A DNA stretch of 57,620 bases from Spirochaetota bacterium (GCA_009908925.1 JAAAOH010000318.1:1-57620), one strand, 5' to 3'; shown: positions 16,914 to 27,180, counted from the first letter of the stretch. Notes: generated from the sequence alone by a model not told the origin. Made by a program: numbers and translations.

Positions 16914-19727
16914 TTATGTATGAAGGCCGTCGGTCGCGCGTACCCGGCCTTCGGGTGCCATTGGCAGTGTTTCAGGGTAGACGCCCGTCGCATCGTGGAT
17001 CGCCGCGGCAATGGCCGGTGCGGCCGGGTTGAGGGGAATCTCGCCGATTCCCTTCGCGCCGAAGGGGCCGTTGGGATCCGGCGCCTCGACGATGAACGTG
17101 GAAAGGCGCGGCGCGTCAGTGAACCGCGGCAGGCCAAGGGCGTTCATCGTCGTGGTCGCACGGCCGTTTCGGCCGCATTCGAAGTGCTCGCGCACGCCGA
17201 AACCATAGCCCATGACGGCGGCGCCCTCCAGCTGCCCCCGGACGTTCCCGGGGTGCAGGGCCCGGCCGACGTCCTGGGCGGTGATGAGCCGCAGCACACG
17301 CAGGTCCCGACCGTCCGGGGAGACCTCGACAACGGCTGCCATGCTCGTAAAGCAGTAGGCAAAGTGGATGGGGTAGCCGTCGTCGGCGGGCGGAGCCGCA
17401 TCATCCACAAACTCCGGTAGCACCACCGTCGCAGGCGGCCGGTACCGGTACTCGAACCGCAGCTGGTCCCCGGCGGCCGCGCGTCCGGTCGCGCGCTCGA
17501 CAAGGGCTGCCCTGGCCCAGCGCGGGGGCCGGAGGGACTCACCGGCGCGGTCGGCGGTTCCGGGTGGCGACTCCCCGACACCGTCGTCGGTCCCCGGCCC
17601 CAGTCCGGCCGCCACGGCGAGCTCGCGGGCCGCCCCGGCGACCGCGTTGCCGCTTATGAAGGTCTGGCGGGAGGCCGTGGTCATGCCGGCATCCGGACAG
17701 ACCTGTGTATCGCTCGAGATTACCTGCACGAGTCCGAAAGGCACCGAGAGCGTGTCCGCCGCGATCTGTGCCATCACCGTATCGGAGCCCTGACCCATGT
17801 CGGTTGCCCCGACGTAGACCACGATCGTGCCGTCCTCGCGCAGCTCTACCGCAGCTGATGCCTCATCGGGAAGCCCCTTGCCGATGCCGACGTTCTTGTA
17901 GGCCCCCGCGAAGCCGACGCCGATGCGCTTACCCGGGGCAGGTGTGAGCTCTGCCCGCACCCGCTCGAGCTCCCCGGCAACACGCTCGATGGTTTCCGGA
18001 TAGCCTGTGCCCTCTCCGAGTCGGTGGCCGGTCGCAGTTACCTTCCCCGGGGCAAGAGCGTTTCGTCTTCTGAGATCGACGGGATCAATGCCGAGGCGTC
18101 GGGCGATCTTGTCCATCTGGACCTCGACTGCAAAACTGATCTGCGTGCTCCCGAAGCCCCTGAACGCACCGGCGGGATTGGTATTGGTGTATACGCCGAT
18201 GGATTCGACGTCCGCGGAGGGCACTTCGTAGGGGCCGCCGGCCATGACCGCAGTGCGAAAGACTACGGGCTTCGTCAGCGAGAGATAGGCGCCTGCATCA
18301 CAGACGGTGCGGGTGCGTACGGCGAGGAGCCTTCCGTCGGCGCGCACCGCGTGGGCGATCCGGATGCGCGAGGCGTGCCGCTTGGTGCTGATGCGGATCG
18401 AAGAGGTTCTGTCGAGGGTGACCTTCACCGGCACACCGAGCAGGTACGAAGCGAGGGCCGCGTGGATTTGAACGGTCGGCTCTTCCTTGCCGCCGAATCC
18501 CCCGCCGGCGGGGGTGTAAACGACGCGCACCGCGGACTCATCGAGCGCAAGCGACGCGGCGATCATCTCGCGGAAGGCGCCGGATCCCTGATTCGCGGTG
18601 TAGACCGTCACCTGCGGCGCCTCACCGGGGACGGCAAGGCAGCTCTCCGGCTCGAGATAGGCGTGCTCGACCGGTTGGGTGTGGTACTCGCCCTCGACGA
18701 CGAGATCCGCCTCCGCGAAGGCACGCTCCGCGTCCCCACGGGTGAATCGCACGGTTTCGGCAACATTGCCGCCCTCGTGGAGCTCCGGCGCGCCGGCCGC
18801 GAGGGCCTCGTCCGGCCCGTGGAGGACCGGCAGCCCTTCGTACTCGGCGCGAACCTTCCCGGCCGCGCGACGGGCCGCGGCTTCGGTCTCGGCAACGACG
18901 AAGGCGACAGGCTCGCCGCGGTAGCGAACGAACTCATCCGCGAGTACGGGCTGGTGCGGGACGAAGAGGCCGAAGCCGTTCCGGCCCGGGATGTCCGCGG
19001 CAGTGAGCACGCGCACCACACCGTCGGTGGCGGCCGCGGCGGAGGTATCAACTCGAACGAACCGGGCGTGGTCTCCCTCGCTGAACGCAAGCGCCCCGTA
19101 GAGCATTCCCTCGGCGCTGTAGTCGGCTGCGAACACGCGCGCGCCCGTGACCTTCGCCCGCGCATCCACACGCTCTACAGACGTGCCGACCGCGGGGCCG
19201 TCGGCGGCGACGCCGCGCGACGTCGCGTCGGTGGCCACGGCCGGCGGAATGGCGGCGCCTGCGCGCATGAGGGTTGCAGCACGCTGCACTGCGCGCACGA
19301 TTGCGGCGTAGCCTGTGCAGCGGCACAGATTGGGATCGAGGGCGTTTCGGATGGCCTCCTCGTCCGGGTCGGGCGTGCGCTCGAGAAGCCCGCGGGCGGC
19401 CATGATCATGCCGGGGGTACAGAAGCCGCACTGGACCGCGTTCTCGTCGATGAAGGCCTGCTGGATGGGATGAAAGCTGCCGTCGCGGCTCATACCCTCG
19501 ATGGTGAGAATATCCGCCCCCTCGAGGTCTGCAATCCGGGTCGTGCACGCCCGCTTTACCTCACCGTCGATGAGCACCGAGCAGCTTCCGCACTGCCCGA
19601 CGCCGCAGCCGTTCTTCGTGCCGATGAGCCCGAGTTCCTCCCTGAGGAAGGTGAGAAGCCGCGCGCCGCGCTCCGCATCTACCCGGTGCTGTTCGCCGTT
19701 CACGGTGAGGGTGATCGATGCGCTCAT
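16914..19727 (-). CDS. xdhD: XdhD-type molybdenum hydroxylase, fused [2Fe-2S] and molybdopterin-binding domains
   Basis: N-terminus has both 2Fe-2S cysteine clusters (GCGVGQCGSCSV, QCGFCTPGMIM, CRCTGY). The large-subunit motifs GGGFGGKE and GAFRGFG follow. 937 aa, like E. coli XdhD (YgfN). ATGA overlap with ygeY. Confidence 0.88.
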   Translation of the reverse strand: MSASITLTVNGEQHRVDAERGARLLTFLREELGLIGTKNGCGVGQCGSCSVLIDGEVKRACTTRIADLEGADILTIEGMSRDGSFHPIQQAFIDENAVQCGFCTPGMIMAARGLLERTPDPDEEAIRNALDPNLCRCTGYAAIVRAVQRAATLMRAGAAIPPAVATDATSRGVAADGPAVGTSVERVDARAKVTGARVFAADYSAEGMLYGALAFSEGDHARFVRVDTSAAAATDGVVRVLTAADIPGRNGFGLFVPHQPVLADEFVRYRGEPVAFVVAETEAAARRAAGKVRAEYEGLPVLHGPDEALAAGAPELHEGGNVAETVRFTRGDAERAFAEADLVVEGEYHTQPVEHAYLEPESCLAVPGEAPQVTVYTANQGSGAFREMIAASLALDESAVRVVYTPAGGGFGGKEEPTVQIHAALASYLLGVPVKVTLDRTSSIRISTKRHASRIRIAHAVRADGRLLAVRTRTVCDAGAYLSLTKPVVFRTAVMAGGPYEVPSADVESIGVYTNTNPAGAFRGFGSTQISFAVEVQMDKIARRLGIDPVDLRRRNALAPGKVTATGHRLGEGTGYPETIERVAGELERVRAELTPAPGKRIGVGFAGAYKNVGIGKGLPDEASAAVELREDGTIVVYVGATDMGQGSDTVMAQIAADTLSVPFGLVQVISSDTQVCPDAGMTTASRQTFISGNAVAGAARELAVAAGLGPGTDDGVGESPPGTADRAGESLRPPRWARAALVERATGRAAAGDQLRFEYRYRPPATVVLPEFVDDAAPPADDGYPIHFAYCFTSMAAVVEVSPDGRDLRVLRLITAQDVGRALHPGNVRGQLEGAAVMGYGFGVREHFECGRNGRATTTMNALGLPRFTDAPRLSTFIVEAPDPNGPFGAKGIGEIPLNPAAPAIAAAIHDATGVYPETLPMAPEGRVRATDGLHT

Positions 19728-20929
19728 GTCGTCGATTCCGGCAGGTTGCAGGGAAGCTCGGCGTAGAATGCCGCCGCGACCGGCAGGTCGGACACGCGCA
19801 GCCGCTCGTTCGGTGCGTGGGCCTGGTCCTCATCGCCCGGCCCGAAGCCGATGAGCGGGACCTCGTGCATGCCGCAGATCGACACGCCGTTCGTGGAGAA
19901 GGTCCACTTGTCGACGACCGGATCGGAGCCGTAGAGTGCCTTGTAGGCGGCGACGCCGGACTGTACCAACGGATGGTCGGCGGGGATCTTCCAGGTCGGG
20001 AAGTAGAGCTCCTGCCCGTAAGTGGTACCTTTCCAGCTGGTGTTGGAGTAGTAGGGAATCTCGACGGAGTCGATCTCCCCCGCACCGGCTTCCATCACCT
20101 CCTCGACGGCCGTCTCCTTCGTCTCGCCCCAGGTCAGACGCCGGTCGAGGTAGAGCTCGGCCAGGTCCGGCACAGCGCACTGCGAGGGACCGTGAGCATG
20201 CACCTGGCTCACCACGATGGTTCCCTTGCCGAGGAAGTCGTCAGCGTCGGGTTCGAGGTTCTCGTTGAGTCGCTCGAGCGCAAGAACCGTTCGTGCCGCC
20301 TTGTAGGAGGCGTTCTCGCCCCGCTCCGGGGCACTGCCGTGGCTCGAGACGCCCTTGAAGTGCACCTTCATCTCCATACGGCCGCGGTGACCGCGGTAGA
20401 GCCGGCAGCTCGTGGGCTCGCTCGACACCGCAAAGGCGGGGCGGAGCTTCTCCTCCTCGATGAGGTAGCGCCAGCACATACCGTCACAGTCCTCTTCGAA
20501 AACCGTGAAGGTGAAGTAGACCGCGTACGGACCGGTGTAACCGATCTCCTTGAGAATGCGCCCGGCGGTGATCATGGACGCCGCCCCGCCTTTCTGGTCG
20601 GAGGCACCGCGACCGTAGAGCCAGCCGTCCTCCACATTGCCCGAGAACGGATCGCGGGTCCACTGCGACGGATCGCCGACGTGCACCGTATCCACATGGG
20701 CGTCGAAGGCGATGGCCTTTTCTCCCTCGCCGACGCGGCATACGAGGTTTCCCAGCCCGTCGTAGCGCACCTCGTCGAAGCCGTAGCCACGGCACAAGCC
20801 CTCGATAACCCCGAGTACCTCGCCCTCTTCCCCGCCGTAGGATCGCGCCTTCACCAGCCGCGACAGGATCTCCGTCGTGTCGTCTGCGTAGGCTTCGGCC
20901 CGTTTGCGTATCTCTTCCGACTGCTGCAT
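19724..20929 (-). CDS. ygeY: YgeY-type M20 family metallo-hydrolase
   Basis: Collinear with E. coli YgeY as remembered: FDAHVDTV, GRGASDQKGG, EEDCDG.CW.Y.IE, YRG.RGRME, VSSHGSAPERG.NA, VVDKWTFSTNGVSI, GFGPG.E..AHAPNE. ATG 20929 with GGAG upstream is preferred over 20965. Confidence 0.9.
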   Translation of the reverse strand: MQQSEEIRKRAEAYADDTTEILSRLVKARSYGGEEGEVLGVIEGLCRGYGFDEVRYDGLGNLVCRVGEGEKAIAFDAHVDTVHVGDPSQWTRDPFSGNVEDGWLYGRGASDQKGGAASMITAGRILKEIGYTGPYAVYFTFTVFEEDCDGMCWRYLIEEEKLRPAFAVSSEPTSCRLYRGHRGRMEMKVHFKGVSSHGSAPERGENASYKAARTVLALERLNENLEPDADDFLGKGTIVVSQVHAHGPSQCAVPDLAELYLDRRLTWGETKETAVEEVMEAGAGEIDSVEIPYYSNTSWKGTTYGQELYFPTWKIPADHPLVQSGVAAYKALYGSDPVVDKWTFSTNGVSICGMHEVPLIGFGPGDEDQAHAPNERLRVSDLPVAAAFYAELPCNLPESTT

Positions 20930-20943
20930 AGATCCGGCTCCTT

Positions 20944-22305
20944 TTACTCCGTCATCCGTTTCCACAACGCCTCCGCCACCGCTCGGGCGTCGGCGTATAT
21001 CGGTTCTATATCGAAAGGGAACTGCCGTTCAGCGTAGACGAGACGGCCGTCGATCACGACTGTGTTCACCTCCGCGCTCTTCATCGCAAAGGCGATATGT
21101 CCGGCTATGTTGTCCGGCACAAGCGCTGTGGGGCTGCGGTAGTCGAGCATCACCAGATCCGCAACCGCACCCCCCTCGAGTCTCCCGACCTGTGCGTCGA
21201 AGTGCCGCGAGGCCATGCGATGGCCACCCGATAGCTCACCGACCACCTCGTCGATGCCGAGCGGGCCGTGTGCATCGCGATGCTTGAACCACGCGATCGT
21301 CGCCTCCTCGAACATGTCGCTCGTTATGCCGTCGGTGCCGAGTGCCCGGTTCGCGAGTTCGCCGAGCATGCCGTTGTAGCCGACCCCATTGTTCATGTTC
21401 GACCGCGGATTGTGAACCAGAAAGGCATCGGCCGCGTTGATCGCCACCCGGTCTTCGGAGGAGAGATGGAGGCCGTGGACGAGTATGCTCTTCGCGTCGA
21501 GAAGGCCGTGCGCGGAGAGGCGGTCGGTGAGCGCGCAGCCGTAATCGCGACGGCAAGTCGCCGTGTCGACGGGGTCCTCGCCGATGTGCATATGGATCCC
21601 GAGTCCCGTGCGCTCACGGAGTGTGCCAAGCGAGGCGAGGGTCCCCTCGTCGAGCGTGAAGAGTGCATGGGCACCGATGGCCGCGCCGAGAAGAGGGGCA
21701 GCGCGTCCAGTGTTGCGGGCGGCCTCGCGCTCGGCGGCAGCCGCACGGGCCCAGGCTTCGTTCTCGGCCAGCGCGTCGTCACGAACGACCGGGCCGTCGC
21801 GGTCCGATGTCTCGTAGCAGAGAAGCCCACGCAGTCCCACGCGCCGGAACTCCCCGGCGATGATATCGAGCGAGCCGCGCACGTGGCCGGTAGAGGCGTG
21901 ATGATCGACCACCGTCGTCGTTCCCGACTGCACCGCCTCGAGGGCGTTCACGGCCGCGGATGCGCGGATCGCTTCCGCACCGAGGGAGCGGTCGAGCCGC
22001 CACCAGAGGTTCTCGAGAATGGCGGTGAAATCCGGCATCGGGCCGAGCGGAGCGGTGATGCCGCGGGCGAGGCCGGAGTAGAAGTGGGTGTGGGCGCAGA
22101 CGAGGCCCGGCATGACGATCCGATCTCGCGCGTCGATGCGTTCGGCGGCGGCCCCGTCGGCGGCGCCGCCGGTATCAACCGTCCGGGCGGCCGCCCCGGG
22201 GCCGACGTCCACGATCGCGCCGTTCTCGCAGATGATGTCGCAGTGCTCTGTCACCGATGCAGGGTCCAGCTGCACCGCGGTGGCGTTCTCGATAATCAGC
22301 ATCAT
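20944..22305 (-). CDS. ssnA: SsnA-type amidohydrolase
   Basis: Strong collinearity with E. coli SsnA as remembered: MLIIENATAVQL, HTHFYSGLARGI, NLWWRLDR, DHHAS, FLVHNPRSNMNN.VGYN, LGTDGI.SDMFEE, NIAGHIAF. Confidence 0.92.
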   Translation of the reverse strand: MMLIIENATAVQLDPASVTEHCDIICENGAIVDVGPGAAARTVDTGGAADGAAAERIDARDRIVMPGLVCAHTHFYSGLARGITAPLGPMPDFTAILENLWWRLDRSLGAEAIRASAAVNALEAVQSGTTTVVDHHASTGHVRGSLDIIAGEFRRVGLRGLLCYETSDRDGPVVRDDALAENEAWARAAAAEREAARNTGRAAPLLGAAIGAHALFTLDEGTLASLGTLRERTGLGIHMHIGEDPVDTATCRRDYGCALTDRLSAHGLLDAKSILVHGLHLSSEDRVAINAADAFLVHNPRSNMNNGVGYNGMLGELANRALGTDGITSDMFEEATIAWFKHRDAHGPLGIDEVVGELSGGHRMASRHFDAQVGRLEGGAVADLVMLDYRSPTALVPDNIAGHIAFAMKSAEVNTVVIDGRLVYAERQFPFDIEPIYADARAVAEALWKRMTE

Positions 22306-24893
22306 GAGCCTCTCGGGAGGAGATATGAGTAGTCGGTGAGAATCCGGCTCACCAGCACGGCAATCGAGCCGTCGGGGTCGTCGATGAGGGGCCTGCGGGT
22401 AAGATCATCCTGTCTGCGACACTGCCCCGTCCCGCCGAGGCGTGTCCGCACGAGAAGTTCCTCGCCGGCCGGCACGAAGCCTGGAGCTTCAGAGAACTCG
22501 AAGCGTTCGACGGAGGGGAAAATGGTGAGCTTCTCGCGATGGGGCCGTGCCGGGTAGGGGCAGAACGTTTCGCAGTTCCCGCAGTCGTTGCACCACGCAT
22601 CGAGGTGGACGACCTGATACGGATCTCGGAGTCCGTCGTCGCGCCGCATCTCGACCGCCACGTTCGCGCGGTTGGGGCAGACCTGAACGCACTTGAGGCA
22701 GACAGCATCGCACTCGAGGCAACGAGCGAACTCCACCTGTGCGACCTCCTCGTCCGTTCCCCGTGCCGGCCCGATCCGGCGCCCCGCCTTCAGCCGGATC
22801 TCATCGGCGTGCTCGGCCGACGTTTTCTTCCGGCGGCTCTCTCGCTCCGTGTCCGGCACATCGGGCGCCATCTGCTTTCCCGCGGCGATGAGCTCGATGA
22901 TGCTGGGGCGCGGGTCCGGCACCGGCTGACGGACGACGATAGTGTCTGCGCCGGCGTTTGCCCCGGCGCCCGCCACGGTATCCCGCACGGTGTCCACCCC
23001 GGCGAACCGCACGCCGGTTGCTTCGATACGCGCGAGGTCGGCATTGACCGCATCCTCCGCAATGCGATACGCCGCGAGCTCCGAGGCGATGCGCGCGGCC
23101 ACCGCGGCGCGCGGGTCGGATACGGTTACCGGGTGGCCGGCGCGGGCGTAGAAATAGGCGGCGCTCATCCCCTGAACACCGGGCTCCTCGGCGAGCACCG
23201 AGGGCCCGGCGGTTGCCGGGGCCCCCGTGGATTCCACGTCCCGGCGGATCGCGTCGGTTGCTCGCGCTTCCTCGGCGCGGCGTACCGCGACTCCTTTGAT
23301 CTTCCGGATCTGCACGGGCCCTTCGTACTCGATGCGCGTGCATGCCTTCGCGCAACGCTGATCGCAGAGGGCTGCAGTCAGTGCGGGAAACGGGTTTGTC
23401 TCGGCGACGCACCGAAGGGCCTCGTCGGGCGCCCCGGTCGCGGCGGCACGCATGTAGCCGGGTACGTCCTGAGAAATCGGGCAGGCTTCGACGCAGGGTG
23501 CGACGAAACAGTCGATCACCGGAAGAGCGCCGCCGACCCGTGCCGTGGTGGCCCCTCGGCGGACGCGCATGTCGTAGCGACCCGACACCGCGGCGGCAAG
23601 AGCGGCAAGCCGGTCCGCGCTCGGCATGAGCCTGGTCGGCGAGCTCGCTCCCTCAGCACCTGCAGCGAGCGCGCCGGACGCGGCACGTGCAACCGCTCCC
23701 AGGCGTCCGTACCCGCCGGGCTTGAGAAGGTCGGTGGAAACGGTGACTGGCGCGAGCCCGCACCCGAGAAGCTCTTCGATATTGCCGGCGGTTGCGCCTG
23801 CCGAGTAGGAGACCGGGAGGGGGACCTCGAGGTCACCGAGAAGCCGGGCGGCAAGTGCGACCGTTATCGGAAGCAGGGCCTTCCCGGAGAGGTACTCGGT
23901 GTCGCAGGGGAGCCGGCTGCGCTCGTTGGTAACGGGGAGGGTGTTGCTGAGCTTCACGCCGAAGGTGCGGCCCGCCCCAGCCGCGCGAATGCGCAGAAGC
24001 GCGATGAGCTCGAGGGCGCGCGGGTATTGAAGATCCCGCGCAAAGGCCTCCGCATCGAGTCCATACCCGTAGCCGTTCTCCGCGAGGATGCGTTGCACGT
24101 GGTCGAGACCGAGCAGCGTCGGATTGAGCTTGACCACCGTGTCGAGCTGCTTTTTCTCGATGAGGTGCAGGGCAATCGCTTCTATCTCCTCCGGCGGACA
24201 CCCGTGCATGGTTGAGAGGGCGACCGATCGGCACATCACCGGCGGTATGCTGTCGAGCGCCTCCGTCGCGCGACGGCGGGCATCCGCGCCGGCGTCGGTC
24301 TGCGGCGGGTGCGTGGCGGAGAGGGTCGTGCGGGCCTCCTCGCAAAGGCGGCCGAGTGCCGGGTTCTCGGCACGGCCCGAGAGGGTATCGATAAAGGCGT
24401 CCACCCGCTCGCTCGTGATCCCGTGGAGGTCGTATCCGACACTCATGGTGAACACCGAACCGTGGTCTGCAGTTCCGTATTCCAGAGCCGAGATCACGTG
24501 CAGGAGAATCCAGGCTTTCGTGTACTCCTCGATGGCCTCTCCGATACGAAGCTCCGTGGACCACTCGGTGTTGTAGCCCTCGTCTGCCGTGTCGATGCAG
24601 GGTTTCTCGATCTCGAGCTCATCGAGGATCTGCACGGTCTTGAGCTCGAACACACGACCGCCGGAGAGCCATCCGGACAGAATGCTCTGTGCAAGGTGAG
24701 TGTGGGGACCGGCTGCCGGCCCTATCGGCAACGAACAGGTCTCCGAAAGTACGGCGAACTGTGACGATGCAAACGGCGGAACGAAGAACGCATCGATGGG
24801 GAGATCGAGAATCGAGCCGGATTGCGCGCGCTCGATGAGTATCCGCTCGAGAAGGCGTGCGAGGGGCTCGGGATGCATTCGTGACGATACCAT
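22302..24893 (-). CDS. ygfK: YgfK-like Fe-S oxidoreductase (DPD-like barrel plus GltD-like plus 2x[4Fe-4S] ferredoxin tail) with a reduced nucleotide-binding module
   Basis: Matches to E. coli YgfK as remembered: PIGPAAGPHT.LAQ, ELKTVQILD.LE.EKPCID, NTEWSTE, LSTMHGCPP.EIEAI, KLNPTLLG, DLLKPGGY, C.VAPCV.AC, and C-terminal CLEC..VC.KCV.VCPNRAN...LDA.CN.CGNC..FCP. The start is uncertain (24893 or 24878). The listed ORF start at 24971 would overlap the xdhA promoter. Confidence 0.85.
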   Translation of the reverse strand: MVSSRMHPEPLARLLERILIERAQSGSILDLPIDAFFVPPFASSQFAVLSETCSLPIGPAAGPHTHLAQSILSGWLSGGRVFELKTVQILDELEIEKPCIDTADEGYNTEWSTELRIGEAIEEYTKAWILLHVISALEYGTADHGSVFTMSVGYDLHGITSERVDAFIDTLSGRAENPALGRLCEEARTTLSATHPPQTDAGADARRRATEALDSIPPVMCRSVALSTMHGCPPEEIEAIALHLIEKKQLDTVVKLNPTLLGLDHVQRILAENGYGYGLDAEAFARDLQYPRALELIALLRIRAAGAGRTFGVKLSNTLPVTNERSRLPCDTEYLSGKALLPITVALAARLLGDLEVPLPVSYSAGATAGNIEELLGCGLAPVTVSTDLLKPGGYGRLGAVARAASGALAAGAEGASSPTRLMPSADRLAALAAAVSGRYDMRVRRGATTARVGGALPVIDCFVAPCVEACPISQDVPGYMRAAATGAPDEALRCVAETNPFPALTAALCDQRCAKACTRIEYEGPVQIRKIKGVAVRRAEEARATDAIRRDVESTGAPATAGPSVLAEEPGVQGMSAAYFYARAGHPVTVSDPRAAVAARIASELAAYRIAEDAVNADLARIEATGVRFAGVDTVRDTVAGAGANAGADTIVVRQPVPDPRPSIIELIAAGKQMAPDVPDTERESRRKKTSAEHADEIRLKAGRRIGPARGTDEEVAQVEFARCLECDAVCLKCVQVCPNRANVAVEMRRDDGLRDPYQVVHLDAWCNDCGNCETFCPYPARPHREKLTIFPSVERFEFSEAPGFVPAGEELLVRTRLGGTGQCRRQDDLTRRPLIDDPDGSIAVLVSRILTDYSYLLPRGS

Positions 24894-24965
24894 ACCGGTC
24901 GTCAGCTTACCCGGCATGCCGAGATCCGTACAGGTGTATCGACTTGCGAACTTTGGCGGTTCCTT

Positions 24966-24994
24966 TTGCAAGATTATCTACAATTCTGTATAAT
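24966..24994 (+). promoter_or_regulatory. near-consensus sigma70 promoter for the xdhA operon
   Basis: TTGCAA (24966-24971), a 17-nt spacer, then TATAAT (24989-24994). GGGAGG RBS lies 7 nt before ATG 25018. Confidence 0.55.
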
Positions 24995-25017
24995 CGGGGC
25001 GGTATGGGAGGTTCCCT

Positions 25018-27180
25018 ATGAAGCAGACCATCAGTGCGCCGGTTCTCCGCGTAGACTCCCACGGAAAAACCGCCGGTGCTGCCAAATACCTTGCAGACTA
25101 TGACTTCGACGGCATGCTCTATGCGCGCACGCTTCGAAGCGAGCGGGCGCGTGCGAGAATCCGGGCAGTGCATATCCCCCCGCTTCCGGAGGGGTACTAT
25201 TACGTCGATCACACCGATATTCCCGCCGGCGGGGCCAATCGCGTCGAGATGATCAAGAAAGACTGGCGGGCCTTCGCCGGACAGGAAACCCGGTTTTTCG
25301 GCGAGACGATCGGACTGATCGTGGGGCCCGACCGCTCGGAGATCCTGCGCATCATGAAGGCCATCGAGGTCGAATACGAGGATCTCGAGCCCGCCGTCAC
25401 GATCGACGAAGGACTCGCGGTGAAGGGCGGGCCCATTCACGGCTCGGATAATTTCTTTGCCGAGATCGACCTCACGAAAGGAGATCCCGACGGCGCGTTT
25501 GCCTCGGCGGCGAACGTGTTCGAGGGCACCTACGAGTCGGGCGTTCAGGAGCACGTCTACCTCGAGCCGCAATCTCTCGCGGCCCTCGTGGAGGACGGGA
25601 AGCTCACTATCTACGCCTCGACACAGTGTCCCTTCTACATCCGCCACTCCGTTGCGTCGGCCCTCGGCGTCGCCGAGGACGAGGTGCGGGTGCGTCACAC
25701 GGTCACCGGCGGGGGCTTTGGCGGCAAGGAGCACTATCCCGACGTCATCGCCGTACCGCTTGCCGTCGCCGCGCTCAAGACCGGACGCCCGGTGCAGATG
25801 GTGCTTCCGCGCGAGGAGGATATGGCCTTCACCAGCAAGCGCCACGCTTCCCGGATTAGAATCAGAAGCGCCCTTGCCGAAGACGGCTCTCTCCTTGGGA
25901 TGGAGATCGATACCGTCATCGACGCCGGGGCCTACGAGAGCTCCTCGATGGTCGTCCTGCAGCGCGCGCTCTTCACGAGTAACGGTGTCTACGATGTACC
26001 AAACGTGCATGCCCACGGGCGGGCGGTGGCAACGAACACGGTCCCAGCCGATGCGTTCCGCGGCTTCGGCGCTCCGCAGGGCCTCTTTGCCATCGAGATG
26101 CACATGAGCCAGATCGCCCGTGAGTACGGCATCGACGAGGACGAGTACCGGCGCCGATACTTCCTGGAGCAGGGAAGCCCGACCATTACCAACGGTCGCA
26201 TCCACGAGGAGGTGAAGCTCGCCGAGCTCATCGACGCCGTCAAGTCCATTTCCGACTACGACGCTCGGCGCGCACGGTGCACCCCCGGAAGCGGGAGGGG
26301 CATCGCGCTGTCCTTCGTACAGCACGGAAGCGGCTTTACCGGAAGCGGCGAGCGCGACATCATCAAGGCCAAGGTGCTGCTCCGACGGACCGCAGAGGGT
26401 CAGGTGGAGATCCACGCATCCTGCGTCGAGATCGGACAGGGGGTAGATACGACGCACCGAAAGGTCGTCGCCGACATCCTCGAAATCCCCTACACCGATG
26501 TGCTTCTCGTTAATACCGATACCGATCTCACGCCGAACTCCGGGCCCACCTGCGCGTCGCGGTCGGCATCAGTTGTGGGATTCCTCATCGAGCAGGCCTC
26601 CCGCGACCTGAAGCCCCGCCTCGGCGAGGAGGGTGTCGTTGAGGTTCTGCGGGAGTACACCCAGCCGGATGAGATCGTCTGGGACCCCCAGACGAACCAG
26701 GGAGATGCGTATCCCGCCTACAGCTGGGGGGTGAACTGCGTGGAGGTGGAAGTCGATCCGGTCACCCTCGAGGTAAACACCACGGGCATCTGGGCGGCCT
26801 ATGACATCGGCCGTGCCCTCGATGCCCTGGTGGTGAAGGGCCAGATAGACGGCGGAATGATCCAGGGGCTCGGGTACGGCCACATCGAGAAGATGGAGAG
26901 CCGTAACGGCGAGTTTCTCCAGACGAGCATGGCCGACTACGCCATCCCCACGTCCCTCGACTATCCCTCGGTGGCCAGCAGGCTCGTAGACAATCCCTTC
27001 CCCTACGGTCCTTCCGGGGCAAAGGGTGCCGGTGAGGTCGTCTTCGACGGTGCGGCGCCGGCTTTCGCCCTGGCGGTGCAGCACGCCCTTGATATGTCCC
27101 TGCATCGTATTCCCGTTACGCCCGAGTATCTGATGGAGGCTCGATCTCATGTACGAGATTTCGTTCACGCTCAACGGTAA
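25018..27180 (+). CDS. xdhA: xanthine dehydrogenase family, molybdopterin-binding large subunit
   Basis: 720 aa with GGGFGGKE, AFRGFGAPQG and GAKGAGE near the C-terminus. No Fe-S domain. Followed by separate Fe-S and FAD subunits. Confidence 0.9.
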   Translation: MKQTISAPVLRVDSHGKTAGAAKYLADYDFDGMLYARTLRSERARARIRAVHIPPLPEGYYYVDHTDIPAGGANRVEMIKKDWRAFAGQETRFFGETIGLIVGPDRSEILRIMKAIEVEYEDLEPAVTIDEGLAVKGGPIHGSDNFFAEIDLTKGDPDGAFASAANVFEGTYESGVQEHVYLEPQSLAALVEDGKLTIYASTQCPFYIRHSVASALGVAEDEVRVRHTVTGGGFGGKEHYPDVIAVPLAVAALKTGRPVQMVLPREEDMAFTSKRHASRIRIRSALAEDGSLLGMEIDTVIDAGAYESSSMVVLQRALFTSNGVYDVPNVHAHGRAVATNTVPADAFRGFGAPQGLFAIEMHMSQIAREYGIDEDEYRRRYFLEQGSPTITNGRIHEEVKLAELIDAVKSISDYDARRARCTPGSGRGIALSFVQHGSGFTGSGERDIIKAKVLLRRTAEGQVEIHASCVEIGQGVDTTHRKVVADILEIPYTDVLLVNTDTDLTPNSGPTCASRSASVVGFLIEQASRDLKPRLGEEGVVEVLREYTQPDEIVWDPQTNQGDAYPAYSWGVNCVEVEVDPVTLEVNTTGIWAAYDIGRALDALVVKGQIDGGMIQGLGYGHIEKMESRNGEFLQTSMADYAIPTSLDYPSVASRLVDNPFPYGPSGAKGAGEVVFDGAAPAFALAVQHALDMSLHRIPVTPEYLMEARSHVRDFVHAQR

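Noticed and set aside
18024-24215. Long ORFs on the + strand (18024-19766, 19718-21037, 21268-22332, 22539-24215; 354-580 aa) opposite xdhD, ygeY, ssnA and ygfK
   Set aside because: Their translations are Arg/Gly/Pro/Ala-rich with no recognisable motifs, while the opposite strand encodes full-length, strongly recognisable proteins. This is the typical stop-poor antisense frame of high-GC DNA.
24954-24970. Sigma54-like element TGGCGGTTCCTTTTGCA upstream of xdhA
   Set aside because: The GG-to-GC spacing is one nucleotide longer than the -24/-12 consensus and the C-A-C of TGGCAC is missing. A near-consensus sigma70 promoter (TTGCAA-17-TATAAT) overlaps and explains the region better.
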